A DNA stretch of 50,025 bases from an uncultured virus (IMG/VR IMGVR_UViG_3300031565_000002). Taxonomy: Duplodnaviria; Heunggongvirae; Uroviricota; Caudoviricetes. Below the pieces are notes generated by a model. The model made no database searches. It saw only the letters and a list, made by a program, of their open reading frames with translations, and was not told where the DNA came from. This document shows positions 19,588 through 28,620 of this stretch, in pieces. The DNA lies in the IMG/VR virus record IMGVR_UViG_3300031565_000002, one strand, 5' to 3'. Numbering within the stretch: the first letter of the stretch is position 1; every line of letters begins with the position of its first letter. The position numbers and the translations under genes are program-made.

Positions 19588-20478
19588 TCAATGGAATACC
19601 CCATATACTTTTTTGCCATTATCTGGTGATGAAACATCAGAAAAATCATCACCAAAGTCTGCATCTAATTCATCAAGCGTAGCATCATCTTGACTTTCAG
19701 GCTCATTTTCATGGCTATTTGCTGACATATTAAGTAAAACCTGTCGAAAAAGATCATCTATAGTGTCAGCCGGAGCACTACCAACAATAGGAACACCTCC
19801 TGGTGACCCCCTTGCACTTTCTCCACCCCTTTCTGAACTTGATGAACTAGAAAAAGATGAACTTGAAGATGATGAACTTGAAGATTCCATACTCTGAGAT
19901 GGTGTCGATGAAATTGATGATGATGGTTCTGATATTGACGAAGATGATGATAGCGACGGCCCACTCGATAAATCGCCACTACTCGACTCACCACTACTTG
20001 ACACATTTAAGGGCTCACCCATATATAATTTTCGAAGCGATTCATCGCTATATGTATGCCCAGGGTCGCACATATACTTCCAAACAATACCAATCCTAAC
20101 TTTGCTTCCATTAATAGGATGATATGAACTCTGAAAACTTTCCATCTTGCCAACATTACACGAACCTGTATAAATCGGCCTACCCCACAAATCATTACTA
20201 GAAAGAGTTGATTCTACGATAACCTTAAACTCAAATCTAACCCCAACCTTGAATCCGGAAGAACTAGATGCACCACCTTGACCTATTATACCAGGGAGGT
20301 ATATATCATCCATTCTCAATTCTGAAATATGACCAACATGATTACCATCAACATCACAAACTTCACCATTGACAAATATATTATCCTGCTGTTCCTCAAG
20401 AGAATCATCGTATTCCTGCTCAATGGGAGCATCTGACACATTTAATGCTGTAAGCCGTCTATTTATCGACTGATTCAT
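19588..20478 (-). CDS. Protein with N-terminal tag, small domain and Ser-rich/acidic tail
   Basis: SINRRLTALNV; long poly-Ser tract. Confidence 0.8.
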   Translation of the reverse strand: MNQSINRRLTALNVSDAPIEQEYDDSLEEQQDNIFVNGEVCDVDGNHVGHISELRMDDIYLPGIIGQGGASSSSGFKVGVRFEFKVIVESTLSSNDLWGRPIYTGSCNVGKMESFQSSYHPINGSKVRIGIVWKYMCDPGHTYSDESLRKLYMGEPLNVSSSGESSSGDLSSGPSLSSSSSISEPSSSISSTPSQSMESSSSSSSSSSFSSSSSSERGGESARGSPGGVPIVGSAPADTIDDLFRQVLLNMSANSHENEPESQDDATLDELDADFGDDFSDVSSPDNGKKVYGVFH

Positions 20479-20689
20479 TTATTTCCTTCTTATGCTTCTC
20501 GTAACCAATATAATGACCATTTATCCAACCTACAAAAAACGTAGAAATTAATAATCCTAAAAATGCATACAATATCAACTTCCTCTTTAATCTCCACCTT
20601 CTAGTCTTGTCAGAAAATAAATTCTCTGAATATAAATATACAGTCGCAATTAAAAAAAGAAGAGCTATTATTGACAGGTAAATTTCCAC
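20459..20689 (-). CDS. Small two-TM membrane protein
   Basis: Two hydrophobic helices; AGGAGG RBS. Confidence 0.7.
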   Translation of the reverse strand: MEIYLSIIALLFLIATVYLYSENLFSDKTRRWRLKRKLILYAFLGLLISTFFVGWINGHYIGYEKHKKEINESVDK

Positions 20690-20706
20690 GATTACCTCCT
20701 AATCTA

Positions 20707-20937
20707 TTACCCAATCTCATCCCGCTTATTCTTAAAATGACCCGCCTGAACAATTAATCCCTCTTTCTCTAAAATAGTAATAGCATCCTTCAAAAGTGTA
20801 TCAACTATATCGAATTGTTTCAAGGGGACAAATTTTGCATCACATTCATCATCTCTATTGCACGGGTGCATATAGGGGTATTCCGTATCGTACTTATAAT
20901 ACTCAATCATACCACTTCCCTCCACTGAATCACCCAA
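20707..20937 (-). CDS. Hypothetical protein
   Basis: In the run; start may be MIEYY. Confidence 0.6.
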   Translation of the reverse strand: MGDSVEGSGMIEYYKYDTEYPYMHPCNRDDECDAKFVPLKQFDIVDTLLKDAITILEKEGLIVQAGHFKNKRDEIG

Positions 20938-21209
20938 TCACTACCAATATCATGAGGCTCCATCCCTTTTTTATCACACTCTTCCTTATACTCATTATAT
21001 AAATCTACATCATGCTCCTTCATATCTTCTAAACCGGCTTCATACGCCAACGGACAATCAAAATCATAACATAATCCAACTTCACACTTATCCTTCGACC
21101 TTGACTGACACCCATACCCACCATTTAATTCAATGCTCTTAAATAACCCACAATACTGACATAAATTAAATATATTAACTAAAACCGGTTCAATTTTTCT
21201 ATAACCCAT
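20907..21209 (-). CDS. Cys-rich hypothetical protein
   Basis: CQYC...GYGC...GLCYDFDCPLA. Confidence 0.7.
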   Translation of the reverse strand: MGYRKIEPVLVNIFNLCQYCGLFKSIELNGGYGCQSRSKDKCEVGLCYDFDCPLAYEAGLEDMKEHDVDLYNEYKEECDKKGMEPHDIGSDWVIQWREVV

Positions 21210-21414
21210 CTACAGCAGCCAACCTTTCTTCGTGACTTGAACCCTTATTAACAGGAAACCTTGCTATCTCAACATTCTCCACATGTAAACTTATATGTAG
21301 AATAGGAGTATCATTCTTTAATAATGCATACTTTTTAGCATCATCCATATCTTTTGCAACTATCCTACTATCTTCACCACCAGGATAATTCTGATTTACC
21401 CTATACACATTCAT
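21199..21414 (-). CDS. Small protein with C-terminal tag
   Basis: Likely start MNVYRV (ATGA overlap); ends GSSHEERLAAVDGL. Confidence 0.65.
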   Translation of the reverse strand: MNVYRVNQNYPGGEDSRIVAKDMDDAKKYALLKNDTPILHISLHVENVEIARFPVNKGSSHEERLAAVDGL

Positions 21415-21812
21415 TCGATTGCATCCAACTTTTCTTGCCAATTCCTTATCCCAGGCTTTTTCGGCTGATCTTCAGTATCAGATACTTTTGCGTATGTTTC
21501 CACTATAAGATCAAATTGCCTTTTAATATCCATATCACCGTCATAAGACAACGTTACATAACCCATCGGGGTCAATCCCTCAGGGATACTTTTTTTCCAT
21601 CCATCACAAAGAGAAATAATGAAATTCATATTCTTAACAACCTGCTTCTCAGACAATTTGAAAATCTCAATGCACTTATTTACAGCAACAATGCAACCCT
21701 CAAGACCCTCAACATCATCAAACTTATCAGCATCTTGACTTTCGAGACATTCATTTTTCCTTTTTGTGTACTCGTCCCTTAACTCTTTTAGACTTTTTAG
21801 ATAACTTTGCAT
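21411..21812 (-). CDS. Hypothetical protein
   Basis: Likely start MQSYLK after GGAG; ends WQEKLDAIE. Confidence 0.65.
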   Translation of the reverse strand: MQSYLKSLKELRDEYTKRKNECLESQDADKFDDVEGLEGCIVAVNKCIEIFKLSEKQVVKNMNFIISLCDGWKKSIPEGLTPMGYVTLSYDGDMDIKRQFDLIVETYAKVSDTEDQPKKPGIRNWQEKLDAIE

Positions 21813-21948
21813 TACTCCGTCTCTCCTTTTCATCTTTAGCCATACAACAAAGACAATCACCACAAAAACAATCCTTACCATCTAAAACCATATTATTAAT
21901 GGCTTTATCATCTAAACCCCTCACCATATGTGCGGTGTAATCTGTCAT
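21751..21948 (-). CDS. Small Cys-rich protein
   Basis: DCFCGDCLCC. Confidence 0.5.
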   Translation of the reverse strand: MTDYTAHMVRGLDDKAINNMVLDGKDCFCGDCLCCMAKDEKERRSNAKLSKKSKRVKGRVHKKEK

Positions 21949-22256
21949 ATCGCATCTCCAAGGCCTGGGAATACTTCATTTAATTGACGCAATAAACTCT
22001 CTAATTTCCTATAAACCAACTTAATAGATAATAATTTAGCCCCACTCTCTGTATCAACTTCAAGTTTATAATTATAATAGAAAGGTTGACATTGCATAAT
22101 CCATTGACCGGGATAATTTACGTGAATGTTCATAACCGATATTTTGAAAAAATCAGTATTTAACTCATGAATCCCACGCTTATTTTTCCACTTAATATTA
22201 CTATTCATCTTATTGCTTCCTATCTTCCATAAACTGCACAGCAAACGCTTTATCAA
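21945..22256 (-). CDS. Hypothetical protein
   Basis: Likely start MNSNIKW near 22208. Confidence 0.6.
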   Translation of the reverse strand: MIKRLLCSLWKIGSNKMNSNIKWKNKRGIHELNTDFFKISVMNIHVNYPGQWIMQCQPFYYNYKLEVDTESGAKLLSIKLVYRKLESLLRQLNEVFPGLGDAI

Positions 22257-22428
22257 TAATAATTAACCACGCATGATAAAATTTCTTCGGCAAATCCATT
22301 AAAAAATGTCTTAAACAACAGAATGGAATTGCCTTCGCAATATACCACCTATCATTTATCTCTACTCGCTCACCACTATTTCCACCATAATCATGTATCA
22401 GTTTGTCTATTAGTATCGGTTTATTCAC
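22210..22428 (-). CDS. Hypothetical phage protein
   Basis: WYIAKAIP...AW......A.AV pattern. Confidence 0.65.
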   Translation of the reverse strand: MNKPILIDKLIHDYGGNSGERVEINDRWYIAKAIPFCCLRHFLMDLPKKFYHAWLIIIDKAFAVQFMEDRKQ

Positions 22429-24388
22429 TTATTACCTCATTGTTAGAATCGGTTATACATACCACATCACCATCACTATCAATAGCAACATCACTATTAG
22501 ATAATAAAATCTCACCACAAAGATTTTCATGCTGACTTATACTACGATTTTTTTGAACTTCTAGCCTTAATTCATGATGACTACCAGGTTCAACTTCTTC
22601 ATTGTTTGGACTGACAATAGTAACTCCAGAAAAATTATTAGGTAAATCAGGTTGCAAATCTTCGCTATGCTCTCTATTATCCATTGCGGCACGAATATGA
22701 TCAAGATCAGGAAGGCCAGTGCTACCAATTAATGCATTATAAGCAGAAACAGTAGCGTCAACCATATCATTAGTTGGTGGCGAATTATTAATTTCATTTT
22801 CTACAGCAGCCAACGCATTATTGTTTACGTTATACCTAAAAAGTCTTTCAGAAATCCTATCTAAAGAATCAAAAGCATTTTCAGAAAAATATCCTGCATA
22901 CCGACCACTAGCTATTGCTCTGCGTATCATACCCAACGTATCACTTAAAGTCATTAAGCTCTGCATCGATACACTCCTAGCTATATTAAGAATATGAGCT
23001 TCCAATGCTGTCCTATCTCTCATCATCCTTATTCTGTCCTGCCGATCTTCAGGCTCACTACTAAAAGGAAATGCACTATTAGTTAAAGAAATAATCTGCT
23101 CCAACTCTCTCCTTATTTCTTCTTCCTGTATTGCTGCCTGATTAACCGTTGGATTGCAAATGCTACGCCCAACTGCCTGTACCATATGTGATGTAGATGA
23201 TGAAATATTCCTCAGCCGTTCTATGTGACTCCTTGCTAATCTCCTTAATGCACCTAATGCTGATTCTTCATTGAGCTGATTCTCAAGATCTTGAATTTCT
23301 CCTGATATTCCCCGTAATTCTTCACTTGATGCTTCTCTTAATTCTTCTGCAGACTGTATAAGTTCAGTAGACAATGCCCTTAATTCAGCAGATTCACGCC
23401 TTAAACGCTCAACTACACTAGCACTACACTCTATACCACCACTTGAATTATTTTCCTGAATAGGATTAGGCTCTTCACCGTTCCTTACAAGAGCATCTTC
23501 CATTCGCCTTAAAACTTCACTAGATATCATTTCTGCTAATACCTGACTTTGCCCCTCGGTAGGTTCAGCGCCAGACAAAGGCTGTCGAGTATATGTTCTT
23601 CTCTCTATAGGTTGTATCGAAGATGATTCTTCATTCGCTCCTATATTACTTACTGCTACATCGGGTGGTCTAGGAACAGATATTAAATTTCCAAGTGATA
23701 TTTCCGAACATGGATTAATAGTCCTACCTCCAGGTGGTGTCGGCGCTCCCGTCAAAGGATCAGTAGTCCTACCTCGCCCACTATCTATTGTAAGTGGTAC
23801 ACCGGTAATTATATCGCTAGGCATATCAGGGGAAGGGACAGAAACTTCTTCACACTCACATTCCGAAAAAAGACCTCCGCAAATAGAACATAATCGCCGA
23901 CCATCTTCAGTATGACCATCATCATAATTAGACTCAATCAAATCTTCAGAAATATCATCAACTTCAATCCCCATATCACTTGACCATTTCAATGTACCAG
24001 TCACCCTAAATCTACCATTTTCAGCATCTATATCAGCTTTTGATTCAACTAATATGCCAACAAAACTTTCCACAGGGTTCTTCCTATAAAATTTCTTCCC
24101 AACTAATTTACCAAGTTGTTTATTATCAATTTTGAATGCACAGTGGGTTATAACAACATCACAACGAAACATACTACGATTAATTTCATCAGTAAATAAG
24201 GGCGTAACCTTTTCTTCCGTATCCCTTTCTATGCTAGTTACCCAACCAACATGATTATCACAACAATCATATAACTTTTCAAGACCAGGAGAAGGACACC
24301 CAATATTAATAAGATTAATCTCTTCTGGAGAAGGTGGCTTATCAACTAATCCTAATGCCTGAAATCTCTTTTTTATATTTTCTTGCAT
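22421..24388 (-). CDS. Large, largely disordered/coiled-coil protein with N-terminal tag and embedded enzyme-like motifs
   Basis: 655 aa; NIKKRFQALGL; CSICG..CEC; NPCSEI, NLCGEI, DMVDA. Confidence 0.8.
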   Translation of the reverse strand: MQENIKKRFQALGLVDKPPSPEEINLINIGCPSPGLEKLYDCCDNHVGWVTSIERDTEEKVTPLFTDEINRSMFRCDVVITHCAFKIDNKQLGKLVGKKFYRKNPVESFVGILVESKADIDAENGRFRVTGTLKWSSDMGIEVDDISEDLIESNYDDGHTEDGRRLCSICGGLFSECECEEVSVPSPDMPSDIITGVPLTIDSGRGRTTDPLTGAPTPPGGRTINPCSEISLGNLISVPRPPDVAVSNIGANEESSSIQPIERRTYTRQPLSGAEPTEGQSQVLAEMISSEVLRRMEDALVRNGEEPNPIQENNSSGGIECSASVVERLRRESAELRALSTELIQSAEELREASSEELRGISGEIQDLENQLNEESALGALRRLARSHIERLRNISSSTSHMVQAVGRSICNPTVNQAAIQEEEIRRELEQIISLTNSAFPFSSEPEDRQDRIRMMRDRTALEAHILNIARSVSMQSLMTLSDTLGMIRRAIASGRYAGYFSENAFDSLDRISERLFRYNVNNNALAAVENEINNSPPTNDMVDATVSAYNALIGSTGLPDLDHIRAAMDNREHSEDLQPDLPNNFSGVTIVSPNNEEVEPGSHHELRLEVQKNRSISQHENLCGEILLSNSDVAIDSDGDVVCITDSNNEVISE

Positions 24389-24798
24389 AAATTATCTGTC
24401 AACCTTTTGTCAAACTCATCTATTGATTCATTGTTCATGTGAAAAGTGTTACAAAAACAACTGTAAAAATCATTCCAATAATCTCTCGTTTCTAAATCGG
24501 GATGCTTATACCCAACTATCTCAGCAGCATGACAAAGATGCAATGCAAAATGTATCGGGTAACTATCGAGATCATCAAGAAACTCTCCTATCATTCCATC
24601 TAATACATCTAACGTATCTGTTTTCATAAATAAACTTGATTCATCAGCATTCCTTAAAACAACTTTCCTTAATTCTCTAACTATAAACTTTGTTGGATCA
24701 TTTTTACTTTTTCCATCACAACCCCTTAAAGAAACGATTAAAACTGTCTGTTGTTTTAATGGTAACTCACAAACCCAATCCTGTAATACGCAACTCAT
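24373..24798 (-). CDS. Hypothetical phage protein
   Basis: VLQDWV..LRGCDG..HFALHLCHAAEIVGYKHP. Confidence 0.75.
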   Translation of the reverse strand: MSCVLQDWVCELPLKQQTVLIVSLRGCDGKSKNDPTKFIVRELRKVVLRNADESSLFMKTDTLDVLDGMIGEFLDDLDSYPIHFALHLCHAAEIVGYKHPDLETRDYWNDFYSCFCNTFHMNNESIDEFDKRLTDNLCKKI

Positions 24799-25337
24799 TT
24801 AAATATATCCCTTATCTTCTTTATATCATTAATAGATTCATTATTAACAATCGGACTTTTCTTATCACTCTCTAATAAATCTACTCTCTTATTACATATA
24901 GTAATATTTTGTGAATTAGTACAAGAACCACCCATTAAATCTTCACAATTATTATAAGCGGGGTTATGCGAATCCGCACAAAGAAATCTCGGCAACCATT
25001 GATTAAATTCATTATCAAAACAACTCTTAATTGTTCCACCACTATCACTTCCATAACTAATATTAATACAATCATCTTTATTAACGCAATTATAACAATT
25101 TTTTTTATTTAAAAGTCTATTTATAATTGCATCCGCAACATTAGTTGAAGCAGGCTCTATCACCTGCTCAACACGAACACCACTTATCCGCTTATATATT
25201 CTCCAAAACCACTGACTATACGTACCAACATTTGTCGTAATGGCAGTAGGATACCCATTATTATAGGGAAATGCTTCATAATTCCTTTCGTCAGTAACCC
25301 AGAAAATCTTATTCTTAAATAAAAATTTACCATTCAT
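24795..25337 (-). CDS. Cys-rich hypothetical protein
   Basis: In the run. Confidence 0.7.
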   Translation of the reverse strand: MNGKFLFKNKIFWVTDERNYEAFPYNNGYPTAITTNVGTYSQWFWRIYKRISGVRVEQVIEPASTNVADAIINRLLNKKNCYNCVNKDDCINISYGSDSGGTIKSCFDNEFNQWLPRFLCADSHNPAYNNCEDLMGGSCTNSQNITICNKRVDLLESDKKSPIVNNESINDIKKIRDIFK

Positions 25338-25338
25338 A

Positions 25339-25575
25339 CTAATCAGTCTTTATCCCGATTATTTCACAACACTCTATCAACTTTACTCTCATCTCTGTTA
25401 CCTGCTTTTCATATTTATCGGCACGTCTACAAGCCTTATCACGATCTTCCTGCAAAAGATCACTTAAACGAACATGATGTAAAAGCATATACCTTAAGTT
25501 CTCATCCGAAATACCAGCTACATACGCTTTCTGCTTTTCAGTACAAACCGGTCCCGCATCTGCTACTTCACTCAT
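25339..25575 (-). CDS. Hypothetical protein
   Basis: In the run. Confidence 0.65.
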   Translation of the reverse strand: MSEVADAGPVCTEKQKAYVAGISDENLRYMLLHHVRLSDLLQEDRDKACRRADKYEKQVTEMRVKLIECCEIIGIKTD

Positions 25576-25879
25576 TTTCTATCACCCTTCTTAATCGTTC
25601 CTCGTGACTACTACCACTTATTTGTGCCAAATTTTCAGGCTCTTCAACTTCAACTGATCTATTATGTGTAACTTTATCTTTATCTACTACATTATCATTA
25701 CCATCTAAAAATTTAAATATATTATCTGAACTTACCAACCGAGGCCCCTGATCGATCATTTCCATCATCCCTGGAACAATATCATTATTATAGTTACAAT
25801 GATCACATGTCCCCCAATTCTCATATTGCCTTGTCCAATAAACATACCCACACATACAGCATCTTACTGCGTCAGACAT
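25568..25879 (-). CDS. Zinc-ribbon protein with C-terminal tag
   Basis: CCMC..CDHC; ends GSSHEERLRRVIENE. Confidence 0.7.
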   Translation of the reverse strand: MSDAVRCCMCGYVYWTRQYENWGTCDHCNYNNDIVPGMMEMIDQGPRLVSSDNIFKFLDGNDNVVDKDKVTHNRSVEVEEPENLAQISGSSHEERLRRVIENE

Positions 25880-26220
25880 GATTCACTCCCTATTGCTGTA
25901 GTTCCCTCTCTATGAGAACTAAACGGACAAGCAGGATTCTCTTTTACAATAACCCTCGTACTTTCTACTTCCCCATCTCCCCACTCACAAATACATTTCA
26001 TTCCTTCTTCAACTTTCTCTTCTTTTAGATAAACCCGTAAATCTTCAAACCTTACTAAATCTCCATCCACCATTTCCATCTGACCAGACCCTAATTTTTC
26101 AACCCTAACACATACATCACCACTTAAACTATGCCTTATTATCGGCAAAGAATCTTCTTTTAATTGAAGATAAGGTTTCTTCTTCTTTTTATAATAGAAT
26201 ATCTTCTCTTTTTTACTCAT
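25864..26220 (-). CDS. Hypothetical protein
   Basis: In the run. Confidence 0.65.
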   Translation of the reverse strand: MSKKEKIFYYKKKKKPYLQLKEDSLPIIRHSLSGDVCVRVEKLGSGQMEMVDGDLVRFEDLRVYLKEEKVEEGMKCICEWGDGEVESTRVIVKENPACPFSSHREGTTAIGSESCLTQ

Positions 26221-26235
26221 TTTTTAAATCCTAAC

Positions 26236-26502
26236 TTATTTATAACTTAACTTATCTATTGCTTCACCAATTTTTTTCCTTACTGCCGTAACATTACTTG
26301 GATTCTTCCAATCCTCACTATCATTATAAGCATCCTTCAATAAAGCAATCACTTCAATTAATGTATTATCAGGCTTAATTGTTTCAGCAAGCACACCTAA
26401 TGAAACACCGGCTATCAATGCTACCATATTCTTATCAGTTTCATTATCAATCAACCCAACTCTTCTAACTACTTCTTCTCCAAATTCACCTATTCTTGAC
26501 AT
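26236..26502 (-). CDS. Hypothetical protein
   Basis: GAGGAG RBS. Confidence 0.7.
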   Translation of the reverse strand: MSRIGEFGEEVVRRVGLIDNETDKNMVALIAGVSLGVLAETIKPDNTLIEVIALLKDAYNDSEDWKNPSNVTAVRKKIGEAIDKLSYK

Positions 26503-26669
26503 GCACTTAACTCCTCAAATTTATCCATGACAACTTTCTTAAAAGCACGTTTATAAACATTTAACCGTTCAGCATTAGTCATACTATGGGGCTGCTCAAA
26601 ATCGCCTAAAGCAATATCCAAATACAGCATAAACATCTCATCTGATTCTTTTTCAGTTAATTTTTTCAA
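26490..26669 (-). CDS. Small hypothetical protein (59 aa, below the track cutoff)
   Basis: Manual read from TTG: KKLTEKESDEMFMLYLDIALG...; fills the gap. Confidence 0.5.
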   Translation of the reverse strand: MKKLTEKESDEMFMLYLDIALGDFEQPHSMTNAERLNVYKRAFKKVVMDKFEELSACQE

Positions 26670-27160
26670 AATGGTATTTCTTTCAATTCAAAAGTATTAT
26701 TTAAAAAATTACGAAATGCTAAAGCATGAGTCATATTAACTGAAATAATATGATTTAAATAATCAACCCAACATGCTTTATAAGGAACTGATGATTCCAA
26801 TATAATATCAAATTCTTCTATAAATTTATCAATTAACCCGTCATTAAATACATAGTAAACATCTTTACCATCAGCTTTCTTATCTTCATTAATACCAATC
26901 ATCATTACCGTTTTACCCCTTACTGCCTCATCCTTCTGATATTTTATTACTGATACCATATATCTCTCTTTATTTTCATCAAAAGGTACAGAAGGTTCAC
27001 TTATATTTTTAAAAATATCAAAAATTTCAAGTAGATTAGTCTTACTTAAAGTTTTATTCATATCTAAATGTCTCTGAATACTCCTAATATTTTCTTCTTT
27101 CAATTCTTCGGCATCATAATTAGCATCAATCTGCTTTAATCTCTTTTCGTGCTCACTCAT
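26666..27160 (-). CDS. Hypothetical protein with N-terminal tag and internal duplication
   Basis: SEHEKRLKQID; EPSVPF..YMVSVI and ESSVPY..YLNHII repeat-like halves. Confidence 0.7.
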   Translation of the reverse strand: MSEHEKRLKQIDANYDAEELKEENIRSIQRHLDMNKTLSKTNLLEIFDIFKNISEPSVPFDENKERYMVSVIKYQKDEAVRGKTVMMIGINEDKKADGKDVYYVFNDGLIDKFIEEFDIILESSVPYKACWVDYLNHIISVNMTHALAFRNFLNNTFELKEIPF

Positions 27161-27324
27161 ATCGTCATAGGCTCCAATAAAAGAGCAATGCTCACCATTC
27201 TTAATTGTTCTAACTCATCTATTATTTCTTTTGCTTCCCGAAAACAATTTAATAACTCTTCATGAAATTCAGGAGAACGGACAATTTTATCATAATCCAT
27301 ATCCAATTTCAAATGATCACCCAT
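27157..27324 (-). CDS. Small hypothetical protein (55 aa, below the track cutoff)
   Basis: Manual read MGDHLKLDMDYDKIVRSPEFHEELLNCFREAKE... Confidence 0.5.
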   Translation of the reverse strand: MGDHLKLDMDYDKIVRSPEFHEELLNCFREAKEIIDELEQLRMVSIALLLEPMTI

Positions 27325-27763
27325 CTGATTCACCGTTCAATTTCCGTGTTAATTCCGTACTATTCCTAAAATCTATATGTGGCAAAAGAATTTTCATCAC
27401 ATTGTCTCTCATAATAGTCCTATCCCAATCACCAACCTCAGGATAACGTATATAACCTTTATCAAAAAACATTTTGACAATATCACAACTTATCTTATTT
27501 GCTAATCCTGGAATAAATTCCATTCGGAAGACACGACTATTCCACTCATTGCATAAATCAAGCCGTGAAGCGAAAAAATGAATAGCATCTCCACATTGCA
27601 TAGTGCAGCAAGTGCATTCAGCCCACCAACCTAAAAAACTATCATTATCTATTGTACAGAAATCTGCTTCTCCATCGCAGCATGGACATGGTAACAGGGG
27701 GACAATATGTTCTCTTCCTGGGTATCTTTTAATTCCATACTCAGCATTAAGTGGTCTTGACAT
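27317..27763 (-). CDS. Lar-family restriction-alleviation-like zinc protein
   Basis: LLPCPCCDGEA...AECTCC...WNSR matches the Lar pattern. Confidence 0.65.
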   Translation of the reverse strand: MSRPLNAEYGIKRYPGREHIVPLLPCPCCDGEADFCTIDNDSFLGWWAECTCCTMQCGDAIHFFASRLDLCNEWNSRVFRMEFIPGLANKISCDIVKMFFDKGYIRYPEVGDWDRTIMRDNVMKILLPHIDFRNSTELTRKLNGESDG

Positions 27764-27784
27764 CGATAAATCCTTGTTAAAACG

Positions 27785-28012
27785 TTACTCTTTTGCTTCG
27801 TCAAAGCATAAACAATGCTTATCTTTACTCACCTCTATATAAAAATCTCTTTTTCTTAATTCTTCAATTATCTCATCTAACTGTTTTTCCTTTAACTGAT
27901 CTTCATGTAGTCTGAGAAATTCTAAAATCATATCCTGTGCTCTACGGCTGTTCCTGATTATCGTATTTAAATCCCTTTCCAATAGAATTTTAGTAAATAT
28001 TTCAGCTTTCAT
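27785..28012 (-). CDS. Hypothetical protein
   Basis: In the run. Confidence 0.6.
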   Translation of the reverse strand: MKAEIFTKILLERDLNTIIRNSRRAQDMILEFLRLHEDQLKEKQLDEIIEELRKRDFYIEVSKDKHCLCFDEAKE

Positions 28013-28017
28013 AGGTA

Positions 28018-28296
28018 CTACCTTTCTTCGGAAGGACTACGATAACTCTTGTTCTTATCCTCTTTTCTCCTTCTTTTCTTTTTAATTACGATAATACCTT
28101 TGTCTATTAATCTTTGGCGTTTTTTATATTGATCTCGTTGATAACGTATAATACTTGGCTTCGTGTAATGTCGGTGAGCTTTCTTATATTCAGAGACAAG
28201 ACCCACTGTTAACTTGCTAAACTTCCTTATTGCCCGCTCAACATAATCTCCCCTTACATTTACTGATATACTTACTCCATGTTTATTTCTTCCCAT
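28018..28296 (-). CDS. rpsU: Ribosomal protein bS21 homologue
   Basis: V.VRGDYVERAIRKF....G...E......YTKPS; very basic. Confidence 0.85.
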   Translation of the reverse strand: MGRNKHGVSISVNVRGDYVERAIRKFSKLTVGLVSEYKKAHRHYTKPSIIRYQRDQYKKRQRLIDKGIIVIKKKRRRKEDKNKSYRSPSEER

Positions 28297-28322
28297 ATGA
28301 TCATCTTTTTATATTGGTTATA

Positions 28323-28356
28323 CTATATAATATAAACTCATCTCAATAAAAATGAA
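28323..28356 (-). promoter_or_regulatory. Putative promoter for rpsU
   Basis: TTCATT-N16-TATATTATA. Confidence 0.65.
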
Positions 28357-28395
28357 TAAAAAGCCACTAAACACGATAGTTCTTCATCATTCCCC

Positions 28396-28590
28396 CTCTT
28401 ATTACTAGACTGGTCCTTTTATAAAGTTTTCTTTATTGGACCAGTCTTATCTTTAATCTTTTACAAAAGATTAAACGTATGGTTAGATTAACCTTATTAA
28501 GGAGTGTTCTTTTGAGGACCTGAATATCGAATTTTTCGTGACGATAAATTTGGTCCAAAATTTAAAAACATCTAACCTAAAAGTAAGAGA
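28396..28590. ncRNA. Candidate structured non-coding element (multi-branch)
   Basis: Nested inverted repeats: CTCTT..ACT/AGTAAGAG enclosing AGACTGGTCC/GGACCAGTCT, TTTAATCTTT/AAAGATTAAA and GGTTAGAT/ATCTAACC, the last with inner CCTT/AAGG and GGACC/GGTCC. Confidence 0.5.
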
Positions 28591-28620
28591 TTATTTCAAG
28601 ATATATTTTTTAACGTAAAA

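Noticed and set aside
22421..24388. Calling this ORF a ribonucleotide reductase
   Set aside because: Only isolated hexapeptides match; the rest is low-complexity or coiled-coil without other RNR motifs.
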